Assembly: GCF_008000775.2 (NCBI RefSeq)
Contig: NZ_CP042905.2
Location: forward strand, 3,900,001-3,932,000
Direction of reading: 5' to 3'
Length of the DNA stretch: 32,000 nt
Origin: Promethearchaeum syntrophicum
Lineage (GTDB): Archaea > Asgardarchaeota > Lokiarchaeia > Sigyniarchaeales > Promethearchaeaceae
The notes below the pieces were generated by a model that was given only the letters and a program-made list of their open reading frames with translations, did not search any database and was not told the DNA's origin. How positions within the stretch are numbered: the first letter of the stretch is position 1; each line of letters opens with the position of its first letter. Shown here piece after piece: positions 17,438 through 27,189 of the stretch. Both the position numbers and the translations under genes were made by a program.

Positions 17438-19321
17438 TCACTTTTGTTTTCGATCTTGAAATTTAAAAGAAAACTCAAACGAATCTCCAAAACTGCGAAA
17501 TTCAACTTTAAATGGAGTGGTTTTAATGATATGCATCATAGGGTAATTTTCTGCCAAAATTTCTCCGATAAATCCCGAGATTCCTTTTTCTTGAGCAATT
17601 TCAGTTAATTGATTTACCATATACTTAGTTAAACCTTTTCCTCGATATTCTTCGGTAACGGTAAATGCGATCTCAGCCATATTCGTAGATCGATCTAAAT
17701 AAAAACTTCCTGCCGCAACAATTTGTTCTTTATCTTCATCACCTAAAATTCCAAATAACATAAATGAAGTTTCATGATCAACATTTACCTTAGGTTGAGT
17801 TTCTTGATGAGGAAATGCCTTTCTTGGAGCAAAGAACCTTAGAATTCTATCACCAGTACTTAGTTTATAATATAAATCTTGCAAAAGCCGTTCATCGGTG
17901 GGTTTAGCGGGTCGGAAGAATATTTTCTCTTTCGATTTTGTTGTGAAAAAACTCTCATACTGATCAGGATATATTACAACAACACCATTTTGTGTAAGGG
18001 GAATCATCTGATCTTCATATACATAATGCATTTTTTTGGCTTTTTCTAATAAATCTTGTCTGAATTTTGGATGCGCGATCCCTATCATTTGAAGAACGCG
18101 ATCCCTTATTGGTCTTCCATGCAAAAAGGCAATTCCATACTCTGTGACAATATAATGAACGTCAGAACGGGTAATTACAACCCCTGCACCCGGTTCTAAA
18201 GTTGCAACGATCCTTGATTTTTTACCATCTGCAGTAGTACTCGGAACACATATAATAGGTTTTCCACCACGAGACATAGCAGCACCTCGTGTAAAATCAA
18301 CTTGACCTCCGATACCACTATAAAAAGTTTCTCCTATGCTGTCCGAATTGACCTGTCCCGTTATCGAGACACTTAATGCTGCATTAATCGAAACTTGTTT
18401 AGTATTATTTGCTATATTGAAAACATTATTGATGAATTCAGTTGGATGAAATTTAATAAAGGGATTTTCATTCACGAAATCGTATAATTTTCTCGACCCC
18501 ATAACAAAAGATGTCATTACGTGAGGATATTGGTTTTTTGTACAGTTTACCACTTCTGAATTTATTAAATCTATAGCAGAATCGGATAAAACTTCACTAT
18601 AAATAGCTAAATCTTTCTTATCTTTTAAATGATTTAACGCAGCATTAGGAATACTACCAATACCGAATTGGACGGTTGACCCATTCTCAATAAGTCGAGC
18701 AACTAAATCACCAATTTTATCAGATCTCTCATCAATAGGAGGATATTCGAATTCTATTAAAGGAGAATCGTGATATACAAAATAATCGATATCCCTCATA
18801 AATATAAATGAATCTCCCATTGTTCTTGGCATTTGTGGATTGATTTGTGCAATTACTATCTTTGCTTCCTTTGCTAAGGTACGATTAACATCAACATTTA
18901 TACCAAGAGAGCAAAATCCGAATCTATCGGGTGGTGAGACTTGAAGCAATGCAACATCAGCATGCATTCTCCCCAATTGAAAAATTCGAGGAATATCACT
19001 AAGAGCAATTGGAACATAATCTGCTTTTCCTTGATTTACAGCTTCACGTATTGAAGGTCCACCGATAAAAAGACAGATATGACGAAAGAGAGATGGATTT
19101 CTCTCATCGAAAAACTTACTATTCGAGAGTGAGAGAAAATGAATGATCTCGCAATCTACATAGCGCCATTTCGTTTTGATTAATTCACTGGTTAGAATCA
19201 AAGGTTCAGAACAACCAGAACCAATAAAAATTCGAGAACCTGGCTGAATTATTCCTGATAATCCCTCAGGTTTAATTTCCTTTTTTTTATATTTAGATCG
19301 CCAATCAAAAGTATTTACCAT
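17438..19321 (-). CDS. Acetyl-CoA hydrolase/transferase family protein with C-terminal GNAT domain
   Basis: N-terminal IQPGSRIFIGSGCSEPLILTSEL, NSTVQFGIGSIPNAAL, YIVTEYGIAFLHGRPIRDRVLQMIGIAHPKFR; C-terminal FFRPAKPTDERLL...IAFTVTEEYRGKGLTKYMVNQLTEIAQ (GNAT). Confidence 0.92.
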   Translation of the reverse strand: MVNTFDWRSKYKKKEIKPEGLSGIIQPGSRIFIGSGCSEPLILTSELIKTKWRYVDCEIIHFLSLSNSKFFDERNPSLFRHICLFIGGPSIREAVNQGKADYVPIALSDIPRIFQLGRMHADVALLQVSPPDRFGFCSLGINVDVNRTLAKEAKIVIAQINPQMPRTMGDSFIFMRDIDYFVYHDSPLIEFEYPPIDERSDKIGDLVARLIENGSTVQFGIGSIPNAALNHLKDKKDLAIYSEVLSDSAIDLINSEVVNCTKNQYPHVMTSFVMGSRKLYDFVNENPFIKFHPTEFINNVFNIANNTKQVSINAALSVSITGQVNSDSIGETFYSGIGGQVDFTRGAAMSRGGKPIICVPSTTADGKKSRIVATLEPGAGVVITRSDVHYIVTEYGIAFLHGRPIRDRVLQMIGIAHPKFRQDLLEKAKKMHYVYEDQMIPLTQNGVVVIYPDQYESFFTTKSKEKIFFRPAKPTDERLLQDLYYKLSTGDRILRFFAPRKAFPHQETQPKVNVDHETSFMLFGILGDEDKEQIVAAGSFYLDRSTNMAEIAFTVTEEYRGKGLTKYMVNQLTEIAQEKGISGFIGEILAENYPMMHIIKTTPFKVEFRSFGDSFEFSFKFQDRKQK

Positions 19322-19387
19322 ACAAATTATTAATTGTTTTTTCCCTTAAATTAATTAATCAATATGAAATATCATTAATATCAAAAA

Positions 19388-20959
19388 ATGAAAATTTTTC
19401 CTCCAGCAGATGTATTCTCTCCAAAACAATGGTTATCGATTATTGGAGCTGATCTTTCTGCATGTATCTTATGGGCCAGTCATTTTATTTTTGAATACAA
19501 TGCGTGCATAAAAATTGGATTAGAATTGTATATTTTAGCTATATGCTATTTGGGATGCGTTTTAGGAGGTCTATTTGCGTTAAAAATAATCCCAAAAATG
19601 AATTATTATTTTGCATTTCTTCTTTTTCTTAGCTTAGATATCATGTCATTAATCGTACTAATTACTGTAGAAAATCCAATTATTGTCATTATTACTCTTT
19701 TTGGAGCTGGATTCTTTGGTAGTTCATTTACGGGTTTAATCTTTATTCAATTCTCATACGCATTACCTGATCCAAAATTTAATGGTCGAGCTAATTGTGG
19801 AGGATATTTTGTTATCAATTTACTAATAGTTTTTATGATCGTAATTAATTCCAATTTACCATTGATGAATATTATTTTTTTAATTGCAATCTTCACAATC
19901 ATTATAATTTCAACATTAATTGGGAAATCTGATGTAAATTTACCCCCTCAATCATCATTAAGAATTACTAAATATATTTTTGATAAGAAAAATATTGCTG
20001 AAATTTTTATTGCTTTTTTCTGGGGATTTTTCTTAACTATCCCTTTTTATTCAACATTTTTAATTTATGAGGGAATTATTTTACAAGAATTCTTCAATAC
20101 ATTCGTTCTAATTTTGTTTATTACATTTGTAATTAGTTTATTCATAGCTGGGCAAATTTATGATATTTTAGGCAGAAAAGTTGGAATGTTATTAGGATTA
20201 GGAATTCAAGCATTATCATTTTTATTGATTGTTATTATTAATGATGAATATTATTTAGATTATATTTTCCCAATTGTTTTAGGTATAGGTACTACATTTT
20301 TCTTAACGAGTATACCACTAATTTTTGTAGAGATTACGCCTAAAAAATTAATTCGCGATAAAATGAGCTTAGCCTACATTTTCATGGGTTTAGGAATGAT
20401 TTTTGCAGTAGTCATTGCAGAACTATTAAAAAACGAATTTTTAAAAGGTTTTTCGTATCTTGTAGTCTATTTACTTTTCATGTTTCTAATTGCCGCTATT
20501 TTTATATCTCAAATCAAAGAAACACTTCCATCCAAACAAGAACTTGAATGGCAAGGAGAAATGCAATACCTATTCATCTATTTCAAATCAGGGGTCACCA
20601 TTTATAATCAAGATCTTACCAAATTAGGAAAAAAAACTTATTATCGTGAAGATTCTGAGATATTGTTAGGGGGTGCATTAGTTGCGGTCTCATCAATTTT
20701 TAACGAAATTTTGAGAGAAAGGAAGATTATCAAAATAATTAAACAAGAAAATTTCACAATTCACATTGAAGAAGGAAAACACGTGATCATGGCACTGATT
20801 GCCCTTCATGAAATAAAAAAGATTCGTTCCAAAATGCAAGAGTTTCTGGATGATTTTGAAGATTTTTTTGAAGATGCGCTTGTTAAAGGTATCGCAGAAA
20901 CGCAACTCTTTATGCCAACTACAAAAATTGTTCAAAAACACTTCTTCAATTATTGGTGA
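19388..20959 (+). CDS. MFS-like multi-pass transporter with a C-terminal soluble domain of longin/roadblock-like pattern
   Basis: About 12 hydrophobic segments, an MFS-like loop GQIYDILGRKVGM, then about 130 non-membrane residues starting MQYLFIYFKSGVTIYNQDL. Confidence 0.85.
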   Translation: MKIFPPADVFSPKQWLSIIGADLSACILWASHFIFEYNACIKIGLELYILAICYLGCVLGGLFALKIIPKMNYYFAFLLFLSLDIMSLIVLITVENPIIVIITLFGAGFFGSSFTGLIFIQFSYALPDPKFNGRANCGGYFVINLLIVFMIVINSNLPLMNIIFLIAIFTIIIISTLIGKSDVNLPPQSSLRITKYIFDKKNIAEIFIAFFWGFFLTIPFYSTFLIYEGIILQEFFNTFVLILFITFVISLFIAGQIYDILGRKVGMLLGLGIQALSFLLIVIINDEYYLDYIFPIVLGIGTTFFLTSIPLIFVEITPKKLIRDKMSLAYIFMGLGMIFAVVIAELLKNEFLKGFSYLVVYLLFMFLIAAIFISQIKETLPSKQELEWQGEMQYLFIYFKSGVTIYNQDLTKLGKKTYYREDSEILLGGALVAVSSIFNEILRERKIIKIIKQENFTIHIEEGKHVIMALIALHEIKKIRSKMQEFLDDFEDFFEDALVKGIAETQLFMPTTKIVQKHFFNYW

Positions 20960-20976
20960 TTAATCGAAATTACGAT

Positions 20977-20992
20977 CGAAAAACTATAAATA
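20977..20992 (+). promoter_or_regulatory. BRE/TATA-like promoter for the aminotransferase-serA pair
   Basis: CGAAAAAC + TATAAATA, ending about 25 nt upstream of the ATG at 21018, consistent with a short-leader or leaderless transcript. Confidence 0.5.
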
Positions 20993-21017
20993 AATCAGTT
21001 CTTTTGTAAAAGGTACT

Positions 21018-22124
21018 ATGTCTCCTACCAAACAGTTTAATCCAGATGGTAAAGATTTTAAGCTTTTCACTCCGGGACCAGTTGAATCACCAGAATGGGT
21101 CCTAAAAGAAATGGGAAAAGCCAATGATACTCACAGAAGCCTAGCATATCGAGAAATGCATAGATCAATTAGAACGAATTTACAGAAATTGTTAAGTACA
21201 AAAAATGAGATTTTGATTTTTGCTAACTCGGGAACGGGAATTTTAGAAGCTTGCGTAAGGAATTTACTTAAAGATGACGAAACCGGACTATTTTTCACTT
21301 GTGGTGCCTTCGGAGATAGATGGATATCGATAGCAAAAATGAATGGTAAAAAATCTGATGTTGTATCGGTTGATTGGGGTAAAGGAATCTCTCCAGAAAT
21401 AGTTAAAACTGCACTGAGTAAGAAAAAATATCCTGTTGTGTTTATTACATTTAATGAAACATCTACTGGAGTCTTAAACCCATTAGAAATAATTGGACCA
21501 ATGGTAAAAGAGAGTGGAGCTTTATTATGTGTTGATTGTGTATCGGGAATGGGAGGAACAAGATTAAATGTTGACGAATGGGGTATTGATGTGGCCCTAG
21601 CATCCGTTCAAAAGAGTTTTGGAATCCCTCCAGGCATATCTATTTGTTCAATATCGGAACGAACATTCGAGAAGGCTAAAACTGTTGAAAATCGTGGATT
21701 TTACTTTGATTTTCTTAAATTGAAGAAGAAGGGAGAATCTGATGAACATCCAATCACCCCTCCAATTCCGCAAATTCGAACATTAAAAACCGTTTTAGAA
21801 CGAATTATTGCCGAAGATCCTGAGAATTTTTATAAAGGTCATACTGAAAGAACGCAAATGATAAGAGATTGGGCAATCAAAAATGGATTTGAGATTTTTA
21901 GTGAAGAAGGATATCACAGTCAAACCGTTGTAACCATTACCAATAATAAAAATATTGATGTTGCAAAATTTGTTAATGATATGTTTGAAAGTGGGTATAA
22001 GATTGTGAATGGATACGGATCTCTTAAGGGTAAAACTTTTAGAATGGCTCCAATGGGTTGGATCACAAAAGAAGAAACTCAAAAAATGTTAGATACTGCA
22101 AGTAAAGTGTTAAAAGCGCTTTAA
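21018..22124 (+). CDS. Class V aminotransferase (alanine/serine-glyoxylate or phosphoserine aminotransferase type)
   Basis: LFTPGPVESPEWV, ILIFANSGTGILEACVRNLL, LLCVDCVSGMGG, ALASVQKSFGIPPGI; paired with serA. Confidence 0.9.
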   Translation: MSPTKQFNPDGKDFKLFTPGPVESPEWVLKEMGKANDTHRSLAYREMHRSIRTNLQKLLSTKNEILIFANSGTGILEACVRNLLKDDETGLFFTCGAFGDRWISIAKMNGKKSDVVSVDWGKGISPEIVKTALSKKKYPVVFITFNETSTGVLNPLEIIGPMVKESGALLCVDCVSGMGGTRLNVDEWGIDVALASVQKSFGIPPGISICSISERTFEKAKTVENRGFYFDFLKLKKKGESDEHPITPPIPQIRTLKTVLERIIAEDPENFYKGHTERTQMIRDWAIKNGFEIFSEEGYHSQTVVTITNNKNIDVAKFVNDMFESGYKIVNGYGSLKGKTFRMAPMGWITKEETQKMLDTASKVLKAL

Positions 22125-22144
22125 AATGGTTGAGATGATTCAAA

Positions 22145-23125
22145 ATGTCAGATAAAAAATTTAAAATTCTTGTTGCCGACAATTGCAGCAAATCTGGTTT
22201 AGATGAAGGTTTAGAAACATATAACAATATACAAATAGATATTCGAACAAAGCATACTGAAGAAGAATTAATTGAAATGATCCCAGAATATGATGCAATG
22301 ATTGTGAGAAGCGCAACTAAGGTGACAGCTCCAGTAATTGAAGCAGCAACAAATCTTAAGATAATCGCACGAGCAGGGGCCGGTTATAATAATATTGATG
22401 TTGAAGTATGTAATAAAAAAGGAATTGCAGTAATTATCACTCCCACCGGTAACACAAATGCGGTAATCGAATTAACACTAGGTTTAATGCTCAGTTGGGT
22501 TAGGCATATTAGTATAGCAAACCAATCAATGAAAGATGGAAAATGGGAAAAGAAAAAATTAAAAGGATCAGAATTAAAGGGAAAAACTCTCGGTATTCTA
22601 GGTATTGGTCGAATTGGGGCAGGAGTTTCAAAAATTTGTCAAGCATTTGAAATGAAAACTATTGCTTATGATGTTTTTGTTTCTAAAGAGTATGCAAAAT
22701 CAATTGGCGTTGATCTTTATGAAGATTTTAACGAATTTCTTTCAGAAGTCGATTTCTTAAGTTTACACGTGCCGGTTACTGATTCCACCCGAGGTATGAT
22801 AGGAAAAGAGCAATTTGAAATTATGAAAGATACCGCAGTGATTGTCAATTGTGCGCGCGGTGCTGTCATTAATGAAAAGGAACTTTATGACGCACTTAGT
22901 AATAAAAAAATTGGAGGCGCTTGTATTGATGTTTATTCCAAAGAACCAGCATCCAAAGAAGATTTTCCTTATATCGGTTTAGATAATGTTGTATGCACGC
23001 CTCATTTAGGAGCAAGTAGTAAAGAAGCTCAGGTTAATGTAGCTATGTTGGCAGCAAACGGAATTGCTCAATATTTAAATGACAATAAGCTCATTAACTG
23101 TGTTAACGAAAAAAGTATTAAATAA
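22145..23125 (+). CDS. serA: D-3-phosphoglycerate dehydrogenase family protein, short form without ACT domain
   Basis: IIARAGAGYNNIDVEVCNKKGIAVIITP, LGILGIGRIGAGVSKI, VNCARGAVINEKELYDAL, VVCTPHLGASSKEAQVNVA. Confidence 0.92.
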   Translation: MSDKKFKILVADNCSKSGLDEGLETYNNIQIDIRTKHTEEELIEMIPEYDAMIVRSATKVTAPVIEAATNLKIIARAGAGYNNIDVEVCNKKGIAVIITPTGNTNAVIELTLGLMLSWVRHISIANQSMKDGKWEKKKLKGSELKGKTLGILGIGRIGAGVSKICQAFEMKTIAYDVFVSKEYAKSIGVDLYEDFNEFLSEVDFLSLHVPVTDSTRGMIGKEQFEIMKDTAVIVNCARGAVINEKELYDALSNKKIGGACIDVYSKEPASKEDFPYIGLDNVVCTPHLGASSKEAQVNVAMLAANGIAQYLNDNKLINCVNEKSIK

Positions 23126-23128
23126 TAG

Positions 23129-23141
23129 TTTTTTCTTTTTT
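23129..23141 (+). terminator. T-rich terminator candidate after serA
   Basis: TTTTTTCTTTTTT just after the stop. Confidence 0.4.
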
Positions 23142-23281
23142 ATCTCCTATTTTTCAATTTCCAAAATGACGTAATTCTTTTTATTTCGTTAGTTTTATTA
23201 GAAAGTTAAGGAGGAAATTTTACGACTAATGACACTAACGAAGTAAAACAAGTCCAACTCGTAATTGATCGCAATGATATT

Positions 23282-24583
23282 ATGGTAAAACAATTTGTTG
23301 CGGGGATTTGGGAAGGAATAAATCCTTTTTTGGGTTTTTCTTACAACACTTCTTTACCAATTGATGGTTGCGCCGCATACATTAAAGGAAAAATTTCTGT
23401 TCCCACTACAAAAACTAAAACTGAAGATGGAATTAGAATTGCAGTTGAATTCCCACAACCTATCAAATCAGGTGAAAAATACGTATATGAGTTACAATTG
23501 TTATTAAATCAATCATGTATTGAAAAAATTGGCAACCTCAATGTTTTTGAATGGCCTAAAGAGAATTTAACAGAAATTGTCTTCTTACAAAATGCTGGTA
23601 AAATTTTTTTCAGCTCAGCCTTAGCAAAAATTGTGTTTAATGCCAAGGAGAAAACGCGTTGCATCGTGCCTGGTATATTTGCAAAATCATTGGTGTCTCA
23701 CGCTTCCAAATCGTCAGGTATTAGGATTGAATGGGGAAGTGCACCAACCTATCGAATAAATTGCCACTACCAACTTCTTAATTTGGGCTCCAATGATGCT
23801 AAAAATGTAGAATTCAGCTCTTATATTCCTCCCACAACAAAATTCCAAAATGTTTCTAATCGTGTACATTCTCAAACGAAAATTGTAAAAGATGACGATA
23901 ACAATTCAATCATCAAATTCACTATTCAAGACATCCCAGCAGGGCAAACCAAATACATATCTTTTAATATTGAAGTTGAACCGAAAGGTAATCTTGGTGT
24001 AATGCTTCCGAATTTTGGAAAGTGGACTGAATACCACGAAATAACAAAAGAAGGCAGTCTCGGTGAAAAAATGTTAAAACCGTCCACATTTTGGCCAATT
24101 TTTGATCCTGAGATTCAAGATTTAATTGTAGCTTTAAAAAAATCCTCGATTAACGCTTCAACCTTCATTAAACTTGCTTTTGAATTTGTAAATCGAAAAA
24201 TTCGCTATGAAATAAATGGTTTTAGAGATAATGCCGCAAGCGCATTGCACTTAAGGAGAGGAGATTGTTCGGAAATATCAGATTTATTTGTATCAATATT
24301 GCGTGGGGGAGGAATTCCCGCCAGAATCGTACATGGATGGACGATAAATCCAGATGATCAATCGTTAAATAATAAAGGACACGCATGGTGCGAATTTTAC
24401 TCTCCATCTGCAAGAACATGGCGACAATGTGATCCTACTTGGGGATTTCTTACGGGAGTATCTTGTCAACACATTTGCCGTCAAAGAGAAGGATTAAATC
24501 TTGAGCAAAATACATTTTTCTGGTCTTATAAAGGGGCAACTGAGTTAGAAGTGAAGGAAACAATTTCTTACCAGATGCTATAG
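23282..24583 (+). CDS. Transglutaminase-like (papain-fold) protein; 5' end uncertain
   Basis: Cys/His/Asp triad context: LRRGDCSEISDLFVSILRGGGIPARIVHGW, NKGHAWCEFYSP, WRQCDPTWGF; N-terminal beta-rich region. Reading frame is open back to 23210. Confidence 0.88.
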   Translation: MVKQFVAGIWEGINPFLGFSYNTSLPIDGCAAYIKGKISVPTTKTKTEDGIRIAVEFPQPIKSGEKYVYELQLLLNQSCIEKIGNLNVFEWPKENLTEIVFLQNAGKIFFSSALAKIVFNAKEKTRCIVPGIFAKSLVSHASKSSGIRIEWGSAPTYRINCHYQLLNLGSNDAKNVEFSSYIPPTTKFQNVSNRVHSQTKIVKDDDNNSIIKFTIQDIPAGQTKYISFNIEVEPKGNLGVMLPNFGKWTEYHEITKEGSLGEKMLKPSTFWPIFDPEIQDLIVALKKSSINASTFIKLAFEFVNRKIRYEINGFRDNAASALHLRRGDCSEISDLFVSILRGGGIPARIVHGWTINPDDQSLNNKGHAWCEFYSPSARTWRQCDPTWGFLTGVSCQHICRQREGLNLEQNTFFWSYKGATELEVKETISYQML

Positions 24584-24719
24584 ATTGAATTTTGATAATT
24601 ATCAAATTTTTCAATTTTATGCACCTTTAGAATAAAATAATTTTTCATTCAAATCCAAATGTAAACTTTATAATACAAAATATTAAAAATCTAAATTTTC
24701 TTAAAATATCAGAGTTAAA

Positions 24720-25577
24720 ATGGTTAAATTAGATTTAACGGGAAAAATTTGTCTCATTACAGGGGGAAACGCAGGAATCGGCAAAGAAACAGCGAAAGGA
24801 ATAGCAAAATTAGGTGCAACTGTAATCTTAGCATGTAGAAATCTAGAAAAAGGAAAACGAGCAATGCAAGAAATTTCACAATTTTCTGGTAACTCTAATA
24901 TTGATATATTTGAATGTAACTTATCTCAACCTGAGTCTATTCGTAAATTTGTTTCTAAATTCACAGATAAATATTCCCAATTACATATTCTTATCAATAA
25001 TGCTGCAGGTTTTTTCTATAAACGCCAAGAAACCAAGGAAGGATATGAGCTGACTTTCGCAACAAATTACCTCGGCCCCTTTCTATTGACTAATTTGTTA
25101 TTGGATACAATGAAAGTAAGTTCCCCAGCTCGAATAATAAATGTCTCCTCGAATGGACAAATGATGGCAAAACTCACGGAAAAAAACATTATGCTAAAAA
25201 AAGGCTATTCCAGCATTAAAGCCTATGGAAATTCCAAACTTGCCTTAACTATGTTTACTTATGAGTTGGCCCACCGATTGAATGGGACGGGAATAGATGT
25301 AAATGCAGTTCATCCGGGAGAAATTAAGACAGGTTTTGGAGTATCAAATGCTCCTTGGTATTTTAAACCCATGCATGCACTGGGAAGTCTCTTCAAGAAA
25401 ACTCCAGAAAAAGGTGCTATTACTTCAATTTATCTTGCTTCATCTCCGGAAGTCGAAGGAGTGACAGGAAAATATTTTATTAAATGTCAACCCAAGCGAT
25501 CTACAAAAAAATCTTATAATATTGAGTGGCATCATAAAATTTGGGCAATAGGAAAAAAATTAACGGGATTACAGTAA
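24720..25577 (+). CDS. Short-chain dehydrogenase/reductase, retinol-dehydrogenase-like
   Basis: ITGGNAGIGKETA, ILINNAAGFF, AYGNSKLALTMFTYELAHRL, VNAVHPGEIKT. Confidence 0.92.
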   Translation: MVKLDLTGKICLITGGNAGIGKETAKGIAKLGATVILACRNLEKGKRAMQEISQFSGNSNIDIFECNLSQPESIRKFVSKFTDKYSQLHILINNAAGFFYKRQETKEGYELTFATNYLGPFLLTNLLLDTMKVSSPARIINVSSNGQMMAKLTEKNIMLKKGYSSIKAYGNSKLALTMFTYELAHRLNGTGIDVNAVHPGEIKTGFGVSNAPWYFKPMHALGSLFKKTPEKGAITSIYLASSPEVEGVTGKYFIKCQPKRSTKKSYNIEWHHKIWAIGKKLTGLQ

Positions 25578-25745
25578 CTTCTATTTATTTTAATCTAATA
25601 CTCACTAAATTTGTTTTCTTCTTTGAATTCATAATAAATGATACCTAGTGGAAGGAACTAGAATATAACTGTTTTAGAGAGATTTTAATAAGTATTTATG
25701 GGTTAAAATTCAATTTAAATAAAAAGCATAATTAGATCAACCATT

Positions 25746-27188
25746 ATGACATTTGATATTGATCTCGCCGAATATGCAGTTGAATATGGAAAGTCTCACA
25801 ATGTTGACTATATTGAGGCACGTTTAGTCATTGCACGTGAAGAGAGTTATTCAACCCGAAACGGGGAAATACTAGGAGCTGGAATCACACCTACCTCGGG
25901 AATAGGAATCAGAGTTTTAAACAAGGGAAGTGTAGGATTCACATCCACTGCAAAATTAAATAGAAATTCAATAGAGGATGCAGTCAAAAATGCAGTCAAA
26001 TACGCCAATGCCAATAATCGAAAAAATCCGATAAAGTTCTCGGAAGAAAAAGCGATTCAAACCAAATGGAGCTCTCCATTTAAAATTCGATTTGAAGATG
26101 TAGCAATTGAAGAGAAGCAAAAATTTTTGATGGGGATTGATGCAGAACTCGAAAAGGAATTTGGAAAGGATCTTCCGAACCGAATTATTCTACTGAATTT
26201 GAACAGTGAACAAAAATACATTGTAAACAGTGATGGGTCAAGCATCGAATCCGAATTGTATATTCCAACTATCCATACCTTTAATACTGCTATCGGAAAA
26301 AGTGGCACCGAACAGAGAATGCTTGGAAGAGGAGGAACAGCTGGTTGGGAGTGGTTTTCTAATAACACTTTGTTAGATGAAATTATGGCTGATAACCGTT
26401 CATTAATAAAAACCGCAAAAAATGCAGTTGAAATGAATTTAGGAAAAATTGATGTTGTTGTTTCCAGTGAAGTTGCGGGGATTATGGCTCATGAAAATGT
26501 AGGACATCCCAGTGAAAGTGATCGAATCTTAGGACGTGAAGGAGCTCAAGCGGGTGAATCTTTTTATTTAGATTTGCTTAAAGAAGGCGAGATTGGAAAT
26601 ATAAAAATGGGAAATCCGGAAGTTACAATTGTTGATGATCCCTCTCTACCTGGAAGTTCTGGATTTTACTTATATGATGATGAATGCGTTAAAGCAAGAC
26701 CCCGAGAACTCATAAAAAATGGAATGCTTAATGAATTATTATTAAATCGCGAATTCGCCGAAAGATATGACTTAGAATCTAATGGATCTGCGAGAGCAAT
26801 AACATATGATCGTGAGCCAATCGTTCGCATGGCCAATACATACTTTAAACCAGGGTCTTTTACCTTAGATGAAATGGTTGAGGATATTAAGGAAGGAATG
26901 TATATGAAGAGTTTTACCGAATGGAATATCGATGATCGACGATTCCAAAGCAAATATGTCGGATTAGAATGTTATCTGATCAAAGATGGCCAGATAACTG
27001 ATCAAATGATAAAACGACCAGTTTTGGAACTAACTACCTTTGGAATATTAGGAAGTGTCGATGCAGTTTCCAAAGAATTTGATGCACCACATGGAATCTG
27101 TGGAAAGTGTGATCCCATGCAAGGTGTCCCAGTATGGATGGGCGGGGGAGAAGTTAGAATGAGAAATATTACATTAGGAGGGAATTAA
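25746..27188 (+). CDS. tldD: TldD family metalloprotease subunit
   Basis: Putative metal-binding motif MAHENVGHPSESDRILGREGAQAGESFY, YDREPIVRMANTYFKPG, FDAPHGICGKCDPMQGVPVWMGGG. Confidence 0.93.
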   Translation: MTFDIDLAEYAVEYGKSHNVDYIEARLVIAREESYSTRNGEILGAGITPTSGIGIRVLNKGSVGFTSTAKLNRNSIEDAVKNAVKYANANNRKNPIKFSEEKAIQTKWSSPFKIRFEDVAIEEKQKFLMGIDAELEKEFGKDLPNRIILLNLNSEQKYIVNSDGSSIESELYIPTIHTFNTAIGKSGTEQRMLGRGGTAGWEWFSNNTLLDEIMADNRSLIKTAKNAVEMNLGKIDVVVSSEVAGIMAHENVGHPSESDRILGREGAQAGESFYLDLLKEGEIGNIKMGNPEVTIVDDPSLPGSSGFYLYDDECVKARPRELIKNGMLNELLLNREFAERYDLESNGSARAITYDREPIVRMANTYFKPGSFTLDEMVEDIKEGMYMKSFTEWNIDDRRFQSKYVGLECYLIKDGQITDQMIKRPVLELTTFGILGSVDAVSKEFDAPHGICGKCDPMQGVPVWMGGGEVRMRNITLGGN

Positions 27189-27189
27189 G

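Noticed and set aside
20693-20941. 82-aa minus-strand ORF antisense to the transporter's C-terminal domain
   Set aside because: Antisense shadow of a coherent coding domain.
25577-25746. Small inverted repeat CTAGT...ACTAG in the SDR-tldD intergenic region
   Set aside because: A 5-bp palindrome is expected by chance in AT-rich DNA and nothing supports a site.
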